Positions 37,911-50,482 of a stretch of DNA of 64,000 nucleotides are shown piece after piece. A program made the translations under genes and the position numbers. This DNA comes from Chiloscyllium plagiosum (lineage: Eukaryota), in the NCBI RefSeq assembly GCF_004010195.1, contig NC_057739.1, forward strand, positions 7,104,897 through 7,168,896, written 5' to 3'. Each line of letters starts with the position of its first letter. Position 1 is the first letter of the stretch. The notes under the pieces were generated by a model, which ran no database searches, was not told the origin of the DNA, and saw only the letters and a program-made list of their open reading frames with translations.

Positions 37911-38949
37911 GATTGATTGAATTGTACTGCTCGAAATATGCAATTGTACATGCTGTACTGCATGTTTCCAGCTGGAAAAGAAATTGCAAAATAAATCACT
38001 GAGTGAGGTACTTCCGGACCTTTGGCTGCAAAAGAAACTTTTAAGTTGAAATGGTGTATGTGCTTAAATGTCTACATTCATAAATAACCTATGAAACAAT
38101 TCTAAAATATTAGAAAGAATACAATATAAATGTAATTGTTGTATACAAATGTTAGAATTAAATTTGTCTGAATTTTAATTGATCCTGCCCCATCTAGTGA
38201 CAGGACTAGTCACTGCAGGGTGCAACTGCCTCCATTGACTACCGTCTGCCACTAAGTGGAGCCAAAGACTGTTCCGAATGGGAGCTAGCAGAAATGGCTA
38301 CTGGAGAGTCAAAAAAATTCTCAAAACCTTGAAAGGACAGGAAAGGGAATTCTTTGGGTTGGGTGAAGCAGGGAAGGGGAGGTAGTGTCAGTGGCGAGAA
38401 AGGGCTGAGGACAGTGACAGGAGCGGAGAAGAAGGACTGAGCGCAGAAACATGAGAAGTCTTGAGCAGGTAGTACAGGATGTATGTGGGGCATAATGTTA
38501 AACTGAAACTCCCAATGTTAAAGATGTTGTCACAATTTTATTAGTGACCTTAAAGTGAAACAAAGTAAATGTCGGAAGGATGCTCCTAATGACTGAAATA
38601 CAGAACCAAGAGTCGAAGGACATGGAGTAGGCCATTTAGGACTGTAATTAGGAAAAATGTCTTTACCCAGGCAGTGGTGAGGCTGTGGGATTCTGCTACA
38701 GAAAGAGGTTGATGCCAAAACAATGTTTTCAAGAATAAGACAGTAGTTATTATTTTGTATTATTGTTGTTAAGGGATCAAAGGGTATGGAAAGAAAGCAG
38801 GAACGGGTGACGGAGTTGGATAATCAGCCTTGATCACATTGAATGGAAAAGCATGCATTGAAGTGTCAAATGGTCAGCCCCAATTTTCTGTAAAATGACA
38901 TTACACAGTAAGGCCTTATTTACTTCGTGCTTTTTTAAAAAAAAATGTT

Positions 38950-39295
38950 CATCCATGCAGTGAGGGTGTTGCTGGCTAGGCTGGCATTTATTGCCCAACC
39001 TTAATTACCCAGAGGGCAGTTCAAGGTCAACCATATTATGTGATTGTGGATTCACATGTAGGCTAGACCAAGTAAGGATGGCATTTTCCTTCCCTAAAGG
39101 ATGTTGGTAAAATAGATGTGATTTTCTGACTACCAACAATAGATTCATGGTTGTCATTAGATTCTTAATTCCAGATTTTTATTGAATGTAAAATCCACTA
39201 TCTGCTGTGGTGGGATTCGAACCTTAGTCTCCAGAACGTTACCTGAGATTCAGCATTAACAGTCTAGTGGTGATAATGCAAAGCCATCACCTCCC
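38950..39295 (-). mobile_element. tRNA-derived SINE with L2-like tail (antisense)
   Basis: Reverse B-box 'gtgggattcgaacc' near 39210-39223; tail 'gcatttattgccca'. Confidence 0.72.
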
Positions 39296-40511
39296 TATTT
39301 TCCCACTAATTGTTTTACAGTCAGAATTTTTGAAATATAGGAAATGCAGCAGCCAGCATACAAACAAGTCTCAAATGACCATACAATAATTACCATCATC
39401 TAAGTTTGGTGATCTAATTGTAAATGAAGCATTAAATATTCGCTAGAGCATAGGATAATTTTGCTTCTATATTGGGATCTTTTATGTTGACCCATTTGGC
39501 CTGTAATGTCACATCCAAAAGACAACACCTCTGAGAGTACAGCACTCCGTGTGGTACATCGAAGAAAGAGCTTATTTAAGGAAGGATGTAAATGTGTTGG
39601 AAACAGTTTAAAATAAGGTTTACCAGACTGATATCTGGAATGGACAGGTTGTCTTGAGGAAAGCATCCATTGGAGTTTAGTGGGTAACTTGATAAACGTG
39701 ATCCTGAGTAGTATTGACCAGCTGCATGTCTAGAAGACATTACCTCTTCCACAGGATTGAGAACTAGCATTCAAAGATGAAAAATTGTTTTCTCTCAGGC
39801 GATCTTGAGTCTTTGCTTACACAACTTTGAAAAAAATGACTTCCAGAATCCGTGTCTCTTTAAGGTTGTTAAATAAATTCTTGGTGTTGTGTTGATGAGA
39901 GTTTTTTAGAATTAGGTTGTGGGAATATGGGATAATCAGGTCAACCATTTATTTAATGGCAGAGCAGGCTCTTAAGGCCAAGTAGGCTGGTCCATCTCAT
40001 TTGTATGTTGGTATGGGTTGAGGTAGAGGCAAAGTAGTGTCACTAATCTAAAATTAGGTGATCTTATGGATAACATGTTGGAAGTTCACAAGATTGCAAG
40101 CAGTCTTGTTCAATCCCGGACAGTTGGCCGCATGAAGCATTGGTAGCTTCAGTCTTCCCAACGTGATGACCAGGATCTTGTTGGAGAGATCAGTTAGGTT
40201 AAGCAAAGGAATGTCATGCGTAGAATTGACATTTGTAAGAGTCAGTTTGTAGCAGTCATGACTGGAACCTCCGTGACGCTAGTCAATTGTATTTTCCTAC
40301 TGCTGGCTAACTCTCCTCAGACTACAGACCTAACCTGAGATTTTTGTAATCTGCAAGTTTAATATTGAGCTGTATGTTGTATCTACCACTTCAGGCAGTA
40401 ACGTCCTTTAAACGTTTGGAATTTGTTGACTTAAACTTTAAAAAACCGTTTTCTCTCAGTGAAATGAATGCTTGATGTTTGGAATCTAATCTAAAGCTAT
40501 TTTGACTGTAG

Positions 40512-40599
40512 GTGTCATATACCAGTGGCAGGGCATCCTATTCTTGGCATTGCGAATGCTGAGGGAAGTCTGGAACTGCGTAGTTTGACACAATGTGAG
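40512..40599 (+). CDS. DPH7: DPH7 coding exon 3 (CHIPVAGHPILGIANAEGSLELRSLTQCE)
   Basis: tgtag| and GAG|gtatgt; CHIPVAGH matches vertebrate DPH7 as recalled. Confidence 0.93.
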
Positions 40600-40679
40600 G
40601 TATGTGGATTCATTGTTCTATAGGGTTATTAAGGAAACTTTTGAGATGCTAATCATCTTTTACATTTATATTGCATTTG

Positions 40680-40822
40680 CAGAGTAACCTCTATTATCTG
40701 AAGTATGCAGGCAGGGAGTGTTTTGTTCGGTTAATCGAATGCCGGATAAGCGAATGCTGGGTAACATCGTTAAGCCAAGCATTGGTACTTTGCGATCTTG
40801 CTCGATAATAGAGGTTCCTCTG
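40680..40822. mobile_element. MITE (Tc1/mariner-pogo type) copy 2
   Basis: TIR CAGAGTAACCTCTATTATC...GATAATAGAGGTTCCTCTG followed by TA. Confidence 0.78.
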
Positions 40823-41287
40823 TATTGGTAGAATATGCATCTCAATACATTTTAGCTAATGCTTTAACTGAATTTAACGTCTGCTGGGATGTGGCCACTG
40901 TCTCCAGTTCACCCCACGATGTATTGTTAGTTGTGGAAAAAGAGGTTGAAGCAGTTATCAAAGTTTTGCATTAGAGAAATAGGCAATTTATGTTGAAATC
41001 CTGAGTTCTGATGAAAGGTCATCAAAGTGAAATGCGAACTTGCTTTCTTTCAGATACTATCTGACCTGAGTTCTCCAGCTGGAAGAATAATAAGCTGGTC
41101 GTGATAATGTCTGTAATGCCAGAAATGCTTCAGAAGGTTATATTGGTTGAAGCTTAATATTTAAAGCTTTTTTTTTTGCTTGATTTTTGTACTATTGTGA
41201 TATGGACTTGTTTCCATTTTTTTGACCAGTTTGAGTTGGAGGCATAAATTTAACATGCTGCCGTTGGGATTAATTATATTGTTTTAC

Positions 41288-41615
41288 GTAGTCATACAGT
41301 ACGGAAACAGGCCTTTGGTTCAACTCATCCATGCTGACCAGACATCCAATCTGACCTGGTCCATTTGCCAGCATTTGGCCTCTGTTCATCTAAGCCATTC
41401 CTATTCATGCCCATCCAGATGCCTTTTTAAATGCTATAATTATATCCACCTCTGTGACTTCCTTTTGGCAGCTCATTCCATTCATGCACCACCCTCCATG
41501 TGGAAAAGTTGCCCTCTGGTCTTTAAGTCTTTCCCTTTTAACCTTAAACCTATACCATCTAGTTTTGGACTCCCTTATTGCGAAAAAAAAACCTTTGGCT
41601 ATGTGCCCCTCATGA
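41288..41615 (-). mobile_element. HER1/CR1 LINE 3' tail
   Basis: Homologous to 36758-36995 and 47653-48020. Confidence 0.8.
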
Positions 41616-42306
41616 TTGTTTTTTTAAAATAGAAGCAGGTTATAGTCTTATTGTTTGCTTTTGTTGAGGGCATAGATTTTAAATCATTTTATACAACTGA
41701 GTTTATATAATGACTTAATTTGAAATAACAAAAGTTTTTAAAAAATTGTTTTGGAGCCAGTGTAACGTAGAAGTATATTGTGGAGCTGTTGCTTCAAATT
41801 GTTCCCACAATAACTGCTGTTTCTGATAGACTTGCATCTTGAGTCTGACAGCTCAATATACTTTTGTCAGATAGATGTATGGACGCAACAAAGTAGAAAA
41901 TCATATTTCTGGATGCAATGTGTGCAAACCTCCTTGCACATTCACTTTTGTGAAGTTCTTGCAAAATTACTGTTGTTAATGGCTAAGATTTGAGGTTTAA
42001 ATGGGTTTATACAATGCTGCTTTATATAATTGCAGTTTCAATTAGTCTTCATTCGTCACCCCCACTTCTCCATCCTGAAATAGGAATAATTTATGGATAT
42101 TTGGTAAGGGCAAGCATGGTATTGCCTCTAATTCTTCCTTCAGTTGACAAGTTGTAAATAATTACTGTCAAGCCTCAAATTGACACTTGTGGACTTTTAT
42201 CTCAATCATGAGTTTGATGTCATCAAGGAAGAGGTGAGAATGACAGCTGGAGTTAGGTATTAAAACAGAATTATTTATGGCTCAGTATAATATTTTCTTT
42301 CAGTAG

Positions 42307-42398
42307 AAAAACAGCTGCTCCTTGGAGCCAATGTGCAGTGTTAGCATAGGCCCAGAATGCCTTGCTCTTTCGCTGGATTGGTCATCGGGAAGAGAACA
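42307..42398 (+). CDS. DPH7: DPH7 coding exon 4 ([30 protein letters not shown])
   Basis: CLALSLDWS motif; tandem acceptor CAGTAG where only the second AG keeps the frame open; donor |gtaagt. Confidence 0.9.
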
Positions 42399-43599
42399 GT
42401 AAGTCTTTATTCCTGCCCCTTCCTTTTGTTGAGTTGTGTTTTATGGTATTTCATAGAATAATACAACGCAGGAGACCATTTGACACATCAAGTCTGCACC
42501 AGGTCTTTCATGGAACAATTTTGATTAGTCTCGGTTTTGTACTGTTCTCCCTCATGTCCCTGAAATTTACTGCTTTGTGTATGTAACCTTCCCTTTTGAA
42601 GGTTTGTATTAAAATTTTTCCCACCATCCTTTTCTCAGTACATTTGCTGTCCTATCCAGTTTTAAAATTAAAAATAACCTTGTATGTATGTTGCCTTTTT
42701 CAACGAGCCATTTCTTGACTGTTTGGAACTTGGTATGTGATTAACTAGTTTCAGATCTACCTTATTGTGCAGTGACATTTAGCTGGTGGGGGTAGCATGG
42801 GAAAGTGTGAAAAATGCTGGACTGGAAGGAAACAAATGCTGGTGTACAATATGTTGTGTGATTAGTACAGTTTTTACTCAATAAAATGTGGAAAAACTCT
42901 TCTTCAAACTTGTATCTCTGTGTCCATTATAAATATTCAGAGAAGCTACATTGGCCATGACTTATAACTGTCTGTTCTTTGTGAGCTCTGACCCAAAAAG
43001 AACTTAGTCCATTATACATTCACCTCACCACCAATTTATCCTGTTGGGTCAACTGTTGTCTGGAAATGATGTCACCCAACATTCAATCTAGTTCTTCCTA
43101 TGTGTAACACCTATTAGCTCCCCAGTCTATCTAAAAGCAATAATTGGAGGTAATACAGTCTATTCCATTCTTTATTTCATAGGAAGTTAAGCAAATATCC
43201 TTCAATTTTGCATTTCTTTAAAGTATATTGACCCAGTATTTTAAGCCTTATCATTAAGCTAAGATACTTTACTATATCCCCATACAATGTAGAGGTAGTG
43301 AAGGTTGCTCAGCCAGTTGGATTGATCTTGCTCTTCATCGGACTAATTTGTTGCTAACAAATAGCAAAAATGCTATAACTGCCACCCTGATTAATGTGGA
43401 TTTTGCTAAAAGGAAGTTTCTTTAAAAAGTAGATTTTGTGATTACTTCATTCCCTTGCCCTTGCACACTGTCAAATTAATGTGTAAGTATTGCATAAAAT
43501 TCTTATTGCTGCTACTATGTTTTCTGGTCTTGGAACTGAATGTTCCTTTGTGCAATATAAGAGTTTTAATTCAGTGGTATTTTCCCTTCTCTGCTAAAG

Positions 43600-43763
43600 T
43601 GAGCCGCTGAAAATCATCAGTAGTGACTCAAAAGGCTACCTGAGCCTCCTTTCTGTGGATGGGTATAGATCAACACTAGATATAGTCTCTCACTGGAAGG
43701 CACATGACTTTGAAGCTTGGATTGCAGCTTTCGACTACTGGAACACAGATTTTGTTTATTCAG
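43600..43763 (+). CDS. DPH7: DPH7 coding exon 5 (EPLKIISSDSKG...WKAHDFEAWIAAFDYWNTDFVYS)
   Basis: AAG acceptor after pyrimidine tract; AH-x-FEAWIAAF motif; G|gtaggt donor; phases consistent. Confidence 0.92.
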
Positions 43764-44553
43764 GTAGGTTTACGGAGTCCTCCTGAGCAATTGTGAAAAG
43801 ATCAGCCCAAATGTGCTTTTTCTTATCTGTGCATGAGTTGAACTTTTGTTTTTACATCTTAATTTTGATTTTTCACCCCCCAACCCTGAAGTTGTTGCAC
43901 AGTTGTATTCTGTCCTCTAGTACTGTATCCCCCAAGTGACTATATTCCCCTCATCTAAGTATAGATAATTCAGACTACTGTATTTCATAATATTTTGAAC
44001 TGAATGGAAAGAGAACATATCATCTGGGTCAGGATTTGCCCCCTCCGGTTTCAGAATTCCGGCATCGTGTGCAATAGGGCTCAAAAGCCTGTCTTAAGTG
44101 GTGAATGTTTGAAGTGACCAGATTCAGATTCCATTGTTAGAGGTGGCCAGTTAAAGGGTTGAGCTTGCTGCCCAATTTAGAACAGCAACTGAATTCTTTA
44201 AGATGGAGGACTAATAGATTCTTCCAGAACTGAAGAAGCAACAAAGTCTGCCTTTTTAGGTAAGTTAAAGGGAGGCTGTGCTCTGTCCTCAAGTTATTTA
44301 ACTTTATATTTTTTAAAAAATGGCCTCAGCAAGTTGAACTGTGACTATAGTAGAAGCTTGGCAAGGAGGAAGGGGCTCTGTTTTTTTTTTACTCAGGACT
44401 GGCACAAGTGTTTAAGTGACAGTTTTTTCCTTCATTTTTGCACTTGACAGTTTGTCAACCTGAGAGTAGAATCTGGGAACAAGATGGCTGGGACCTAATG
44501 ATCTTACTGTAGGGCTATCTATATTTGTTGGGTGGCAGTGTCTCAGTGGTTAG

Positions 44554-44769
44554 ATTAGATTACTTATAGTGTGGAAACAGGCCCTTCGGCCCAACAAGTC
44601 CACACCGCCCCGCCGAAGCGCAACCCACCCATACCCCTACCCCTACATTTACCCCTAACCTAAACACTACGGGCAATTTAGCATGGCCAATTCACCTGAC
44701 CTGCACATCTTTTGGATTGTGGGAGGAAACCGGAGCACCCGGAGGAAACCCACGCAGACACAGGGAGAA
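44554..44769 (-). mobile_element. Young HE1-like SINE (5'-truncated, antisense) nested at the head of an older SINE
   Basis: CpG-rich reverse complement of the SINE core and tail with (TAGAT)n; flanked by a 51-bp direct repeat. Confidence 0.88.
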
Positions 44770-44796
44770 CTTACTGGAGGGCTATCTATATTTGTT

Positions 44797-45118
44797 GGGT
44801 GGCAGTGTCTCAGTGGTTAGCACTGCTGCTTCACAGTACCAGTGAACTGGGTTCAATTCTACCCTCCAATTGTCTGTGTAGAGTTTGCACATTCTGTCTG
44901 TGTTTGCGTGGATTTCCTCTGGGTGCTCTGGTTTCTCCTCAGTCCAAAGGGTATGCAGGTTAGGTGGATTGTTCATGCGAAATTGCCCATAGTGTCCTGG
45001 GGTGGATTAGGTGGATTAGGCATGGGCAATGCGGGGTTATAGGGTAGGGGATGGTGTTTGGAGGGTCACTGTGGACTTGATGGGCTGAATGGCCTGTTTC
45101 CACACTGGAGATTCTGTG
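44797..45118 (+). mobile_element. HE1-like SINE (older)
   Basis: A box 'tgtctcagtggttagc', B box 'ggttcaattc', core and tail as at 19476. Confidence 0.85.
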
Positions 45119-45581
45119 ATGTTGCCTAAATAATATTTATTTGGAAGCCTTGTAATCTCAACTGTCAACATGATAGGGCGCACAATCAAAATTTTCTTTA
45201 TCTACTGCAGTTTTTTTTAATTGAATTCTTTGAGCATCCATATGCTTTCTCAGCACCCCTCATCCTCCCTTTCTCCCCCACCTCCCCAAAGTTTGCTGAG
45301 ATTTTTACATACCTGGCCACTGAAACTTCCATGTGAGAACACCTTGACATTGTCTTTCTGGAAAACGTTACAGCTAAGTCAACTCCTGACTTTGTATCTG
45401 CACTGAATGTGTCAGCAGGTTAGCAGTCCTCGACAGATATTTCTTTTCCTCCTTAGGCATAGAAACAGTTTGATTTTGGTATGGAAATCATTGTTGCATA
45501 TTTGAGAAGATGTTCAATTCTTAAGCTGGTAAGAAAATTGTGGCTTTTAAGTTTACTGTCTGTTTTTATTTCCCACTCAAG

Positions 45582-45654
45582 GTGGAGATGACAGCAAGCT
45601 CAAAGGCTGGGATATGAGGATGGGAACTGAGAGACCAATTTTCATCAGCAATGG
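45582..45654 (+). CDS. DPH7: DPH7 coding exon 6 (GGDDSKLKGWDMRMGTERPIFISN)
   Basis: GGDD..KGWD WD40 motif; caag| acceptor, GG|gtaccg donor. Confidence 0.9.
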
Positions 45655-46627
45655 GTACCGTGCCTGTGTATTTTGTGTTTAACGTGTTGGTTAGTAGGCC
45701 AGTATGGCTTTATGGATCTGAATAGGAATTTTCTAATTTAAGGTTTTATACTTGTGATTCTTTGCTTTAAGAATTGTGATTTGTATCAAGCCTAGACAAC
45801 GGAATACATTCTCAAACGTATTAAACATTCCCACAGTTGGTGTCACTTGGGTCATTTGGAGAGATCCTTTACGCCAATCTGTCTCTTGTAGGTTAAGTTC
45901 AGCACGGATTGAATGCTTGGTACAATTCACTCAGTGCACCTCCATGGTCAATGTTCTACTGAGGGCCTTCATCCACAGAAATTAAATTGAGGCTTCTGCA
46001 AACTAGGATAAAACTTGCAGGAAGATAAAGGAAAGAATTTTATTTATTCCTTCAGTGGCAATAGTTTCCATAGGCAAAAGGGCAATGATTCAAGCTACTG
46101 CATCAGCCAATTCCATGCTTAACTTTGCAGCAATGAATTCATACACTTGCAAGTTCCCTTGTTGTTTTGGTCACAGTGATTTTAGCAAGGACTCTCTTTC
46201 ACCCCCCCCAATGCTTTCTTTAGATTTGCAATTTTATTGTGTTCTTCTGTACAGAGAGAATCAAAGTTCAATTTGTAAGAACCAGATCAAACCATCATTC
46301 AGTTATGTCAAGGGGATAGCATAGACCCTAACATTTATCTTATTTAAAGGGAAGTGTAAGATGCTGTATTCCAGATGTAATTCAATTGGCTTTGCTACTT
46401 GGTGTTAACCGAAACACACTTTATTCTTTATTCTTCATTCTCCTAATCAAAATACGAACAAAAGAAGAATTGGTATAAGCTTAACTTCTGAGGAAATGTT
46501 AACTCTGATTTCCTTCCACAAATGCAGCAGTCTCCACAGATTCTGCTAGACCTGAGCTTTTCCAGCAATTTGTTTTTTTGATTTACAGCATCCACAGTTT
46601 TTGGTTTTTAATTTTAATTCTATTGGA

Positions 46628-47315
46628 AAACTTAATGGTAAGATCCTGGGAAGTGTTGCCAAGTAGAGACAGTGGGGTGCAGGTTCATAGTTCCTTGAAA
46701 GTGAAGACAGCTAGTGAAGAAGGCATTTGGTACCCTTGCCTTCATTTGTCAGTGCACTGAGTCTAGGAGTTGGGAGATCATTTTGTGCCTGTACATGACA
46801 TTGGTTAGGCCACTTTTGGAATACTGCATTCAATTTTTGGTTTCCCTGCTTATAGGAAGGATGTTGTGAAACTTGAAAGATTTACAAGGATGTTGCCAGG
46901 GTTGGAGGGTTTAAACAATTGGGAGATGCTGAATAGGCTGGGGATATTTTCCCTGGAGCATCAGAGGCTGAGGCATGACCATAGAGGTTTATAAAATCAT
47001 GGGCATAGATAGGATGAATAGGACGCCCAGGGTAGGGGTGTCCATAATCAGAGGGTATAGGTTTGAGGTGAGAGGGGAAAAATTTTAAAAAGGACCTAAG
47101 GAGCAACTTTTCATGCATGATTGTGGTGCATGTATGGTTTGAACTGCCAGAGGAAGTGGTGGAGGCTGGTACAATTACACTATTTAAAAAGCATCTAGAT
47201 GGGTACATGAATAGGAAAGGCTTATGGGTGAAGTGCTGGCAAATGGGACTAGATTACTTTAGGATATTGGGTCGAATTGGAGTGAAGCATCTGTTCCCAT
47301 GCTGTACATCAGACT
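46628..47315 (+). mobile_element. HER1/CR1 LINE 3' fragment
   Basis: VWFELPEEVVEAGTITLFKKHLDGYMNRKG, a typical CR1 ORF2 C-terminus. Confidence 0.87.
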
Positions 47316-47652
47316 CGAACAATTGATTATTTAACTACTGAAAAGTAACTGTTTCAATATAGTAGCATCCCACAACCAACTTCAAAACTCCAATTACAGA
47401 ATGCTAAACAAGCAGGCTGCTTCTCTTGTTCAAGCTTTCTTTATAAAACAAAGAACCAAGACCCCTCACGCTGTTAACTTTATTCTTTCTGAAGAGGCAG
47501 TTCATCTATGGCTTAAAACCTCTGAGGACAAAATACACCTGTTTAAAACCATTGTAATGTCATAAATATCTGTCTGTGTAGAATGATTAACAGAGAGGGC
47601 AGCTAGTTGAGATTTCTTATTTCCTTCCTGTTAATCAAAACTATTGCACTAC

Positions 47653-48205
47653 ATAGTCATAGAGATGTACAGCATGGAAAGAGACCCTTTGGTCCCACTC
47701 ATCCATGCTGACCAGATATCCTCAACTAATCCAGTCCCATTTAGAGTCCTATGCCAGCATTTAGCCCGTACCCTCTAAGCCCTTCCTATTCATGTACCCA
47801 CCCAGATGTCTTTTAATTGTTGTAATTGTACCAACCTTCTCCACTTCCTCTGGAAGCTCATTCCGTGCACACAATATCCTCTGCGTCAAAAAGTTACCTC
47901 TATCACTTTTTAAAATTGCTCCTCCCCCACCCTGAACCTATGCCCTCTAGTTCTGGATTCTCCCACCCGAGGGAAAATACCTAGTCTATTTACCCTATCC
48001 ATGCCCCTCATGATTTTATAAACCTCTAAGGTCACTCCTCAGTCTCCGACACTCCAGGGAAAACAGCCCGAGTCTATTCAGCCTCTCCCTATAGCTCAAA
48101 CCCTCCAACCTTGGCAACATCCTTGTAAATCTTTTGTGAATCCTTTCATGTTTCACAACATCCTTCCCATAGGAGGGAGATCAGAGTTGCGTGCAGTATT
48201 CCAAT
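47653..48205 (-). mobile_element. HER1/CR1 LINE 3' fragment (antisense)
   Basis: Reverse-complement homology to 46820-47310. Confidence 0.87.
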
Positions 48206-48525
48206 TAAAATTCACTGACAATTACTATGGAATCTTCTCAGTGAATTAGACGTCACAGGAGAATCTGCCCTGTCTTCAGTCGACATCATGAGTAACGATC
48301 AAGAATAGAAATGTGGGCTGACATTTCTCAAGCCTTAGCCTAGGGACATTTGAGTCCAGCTGTACTGCTTCTGCCCCACATGCTATTTGAGGTAGCAGGT
48401 TTTGCTGAGTCAGCTTTGAACTTGGGAACTGCCAGTTGTAATGCAGTCTTTACCAGCTGAAGTTTTCAAAACGTTTGCATTGAAAAGGGAATAGAAAAGA
48501 CTAATTTTTAGTAATTGGTTTTCAG

Positions 48526-48591
48526 GCACTCAATGGGAGTGTGCAGCATCCAAAGCAACCCCCACAAAGAACATATCCTGGCTACAGGAAG
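48526..48591 (+). CDS. DPH7: DPH7 coding exon 7 (HSMGVCSIQSNPHKEHILATGS)
   Basis: ttttcag| and AG|gtaaga; conserved H-x-MGVCSIQS. Confidence 0.94.
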
Positions 48592-49031
48592 GTAAGATTT
48601 CTGCTCAACTTAGTAGAAACATAGCAACTGCTTATTGTGTGAAGGTCCTTTTTCTGTTACTATGAAGGTGACTCAAACTTTGCCCCAGTTTGTCTTTGGG
48701 CACTAGTAAGGACAATAATTGAAACATTGCCAAAGTACAAAATTTGATCAATGCAGGCACCTACTATGCACTTTTATTTTATATATTCCATTCCATTCCA
48801 TTGATCTCTTTGCCAATTTGTAGTGACTGGTCTCTGTTGTTATTGTTAAAAGGCTGCCACAATTGTCATAAAAGCTGAATTTTTATAAATAAAACATGCA
48901 ACACAAATTTGTTACAAGAATATTGAAAAGTTTATTTTAATTCCAGCTCTTGTAGTATATAGTTTGAGTAACTATTGAAGCAAACTAATTTGTTTCTTTG
49001 CCAATGATGTGAAGTCTTTTTCTCATTGCAG

Positions 49032-49219
49032 TTATGATGAACATGTTCTTATCTGGGATTCCCGGCAGATGAAACAGCCTTTGGCAGATACTCACGTCCA
49101 TGGAGGTGTCTGGAGAGTGAAGTGGCATCCAACTCAAGAGCATCTGCTGCTTGCAGCATGCATGCACAATGGGTACCACATCTTGGACTGTGAGGGGGTG
49201 CATAATGACTCTTTAGCAG
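49032..49219 (+). CDS. DPH7: DPH7 coding exon 8 ([33 protein letters not shown]...[22 protein letters not shown])
   Basis: Within ORF 49009-49266; ttgcag| acceptor, CAG|gtggga donor in phase with the last exon. Confidence 0.92.
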
Positions 49220-49889
49220 GTGGGAGCTATAAAGCTAAAAGGTGTCTTATAAAGATTGACATCTAGCCACTAACATCAAAGTATTGTGCAACAATCAGCT
49301 TACCTGCTGTCTTCCAGTAGCTTAGTAACTGAACTGTTAGTTGCAGTACTAAACCACATTGGTTCAATTCTTTTGTGAGTTATCTCAGCTGAGATTGCAA
49401 TTTGAATGGTACATCTGATCTCTGTGCCCCTGGGCTAGGTCAGTGAAGAAATCAGCCAGATGATTTGCTATTCATTGCTAAATAGCATCCATGTTGATGT
49501 TAATATGGGTGGGATTAATTTCAGCTACAATGACTGATGTGGTCTTGTGCATGAAGAGTACTTAGTTGGTCAAGGTAGCAGAGAACTGCTGACTGTTTCG
49601 GAACTGTACCCAGCAAACAACTCATTTAATCTCTGTTAGGTGATACAAATTTTATTTTATTTTGATCTGGACCTGCTTGAAGTTTAGTTCTGGAATTTGG
49701 GTCTTCCTTGTCTTGTTTACTAGCTTAAGTCAGCGCAGCAGCTCTCTGGAAGATGTGGTCTAAAATGGAGACCTTGAGTACAAACTTATTGGATAATATA
49801 TCCTTGCAATTCGAAGATCATTACCTCAGATTTTGCGTTTTCTAAATCGGGGTGACAGGATTTATAGCAATTTTCACCCTGACTTGCAT

Positions 49890-50482
49890 CGAGCCTTCAT
49901 AGTGAGATGTTTTGAGTGCAGGAACAAGGGTGTCTTGTTGCAATTATACAAGGTATTGGTGAAGCCACACCCAAATACTGTGTGCAATTTTGGTCTTTCT
50001 CTGAAGAAGGCTGCTCTTGCTGTAGAAGAAGTGCAGCGAAGGTTTACCAAATTAATTGAGGTTGGAAGGACTGACATATGAAGGAAGTTTGAATTGGTTA
50101 GGATTGTATTCACTGAAACTAAGAATGAGGGGAGATCTAATAGAAAACGATAATGTTCTTAAGGACTAGACAGGTTAGATGCAGGAAGGATGTTTCTGAT
50201 GGTGGGGAAAGCCCAGAACTAGGTGTCATTGAAGAAAAAGGACTGAGATGAGAAATCTCCTTCACCCAAAGAATGGTGAGCCTGCAAAATTCACAACCAC
50301 AAAGTATTTGAGGCCAAAATGTTTGGTTTTTAGGAGATAGATAAACTCCTTTGGCTAAAGAGACCAAAGGATATTGGAGGAGGGGTATTAGGGTAATGAG
50401 CTTGATGATCAGCTGTGACCATTTTGAAAGATGGAACAAGGTTGAGTGGGTGAATGGCCTATTCCTCCTATGTTTCTATATG
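49890..50482 (+). mobile_element. Older CR1 LINE 3' fragment
   Basis: LLQLYKVLVKPH..VQRRFTKLI remnant and CR1-like tail 'gaatggcctattcctcct'. Confidence 0.75.

Noticed and set aside
41004-41040. CTGATGA...GAAA as a functional hammerhead
   Set aside because: Stem II cannot pair well and the NUH site is lost; counted only as a decayed family member.
43573-43599. Stronger-looking upstream CAG acceptor for DPH7 exon 5
   Set aside because: Adds 25 nt, shifts the frame and meets TGA; the AAG acceptor at 43599 preserves the protein.
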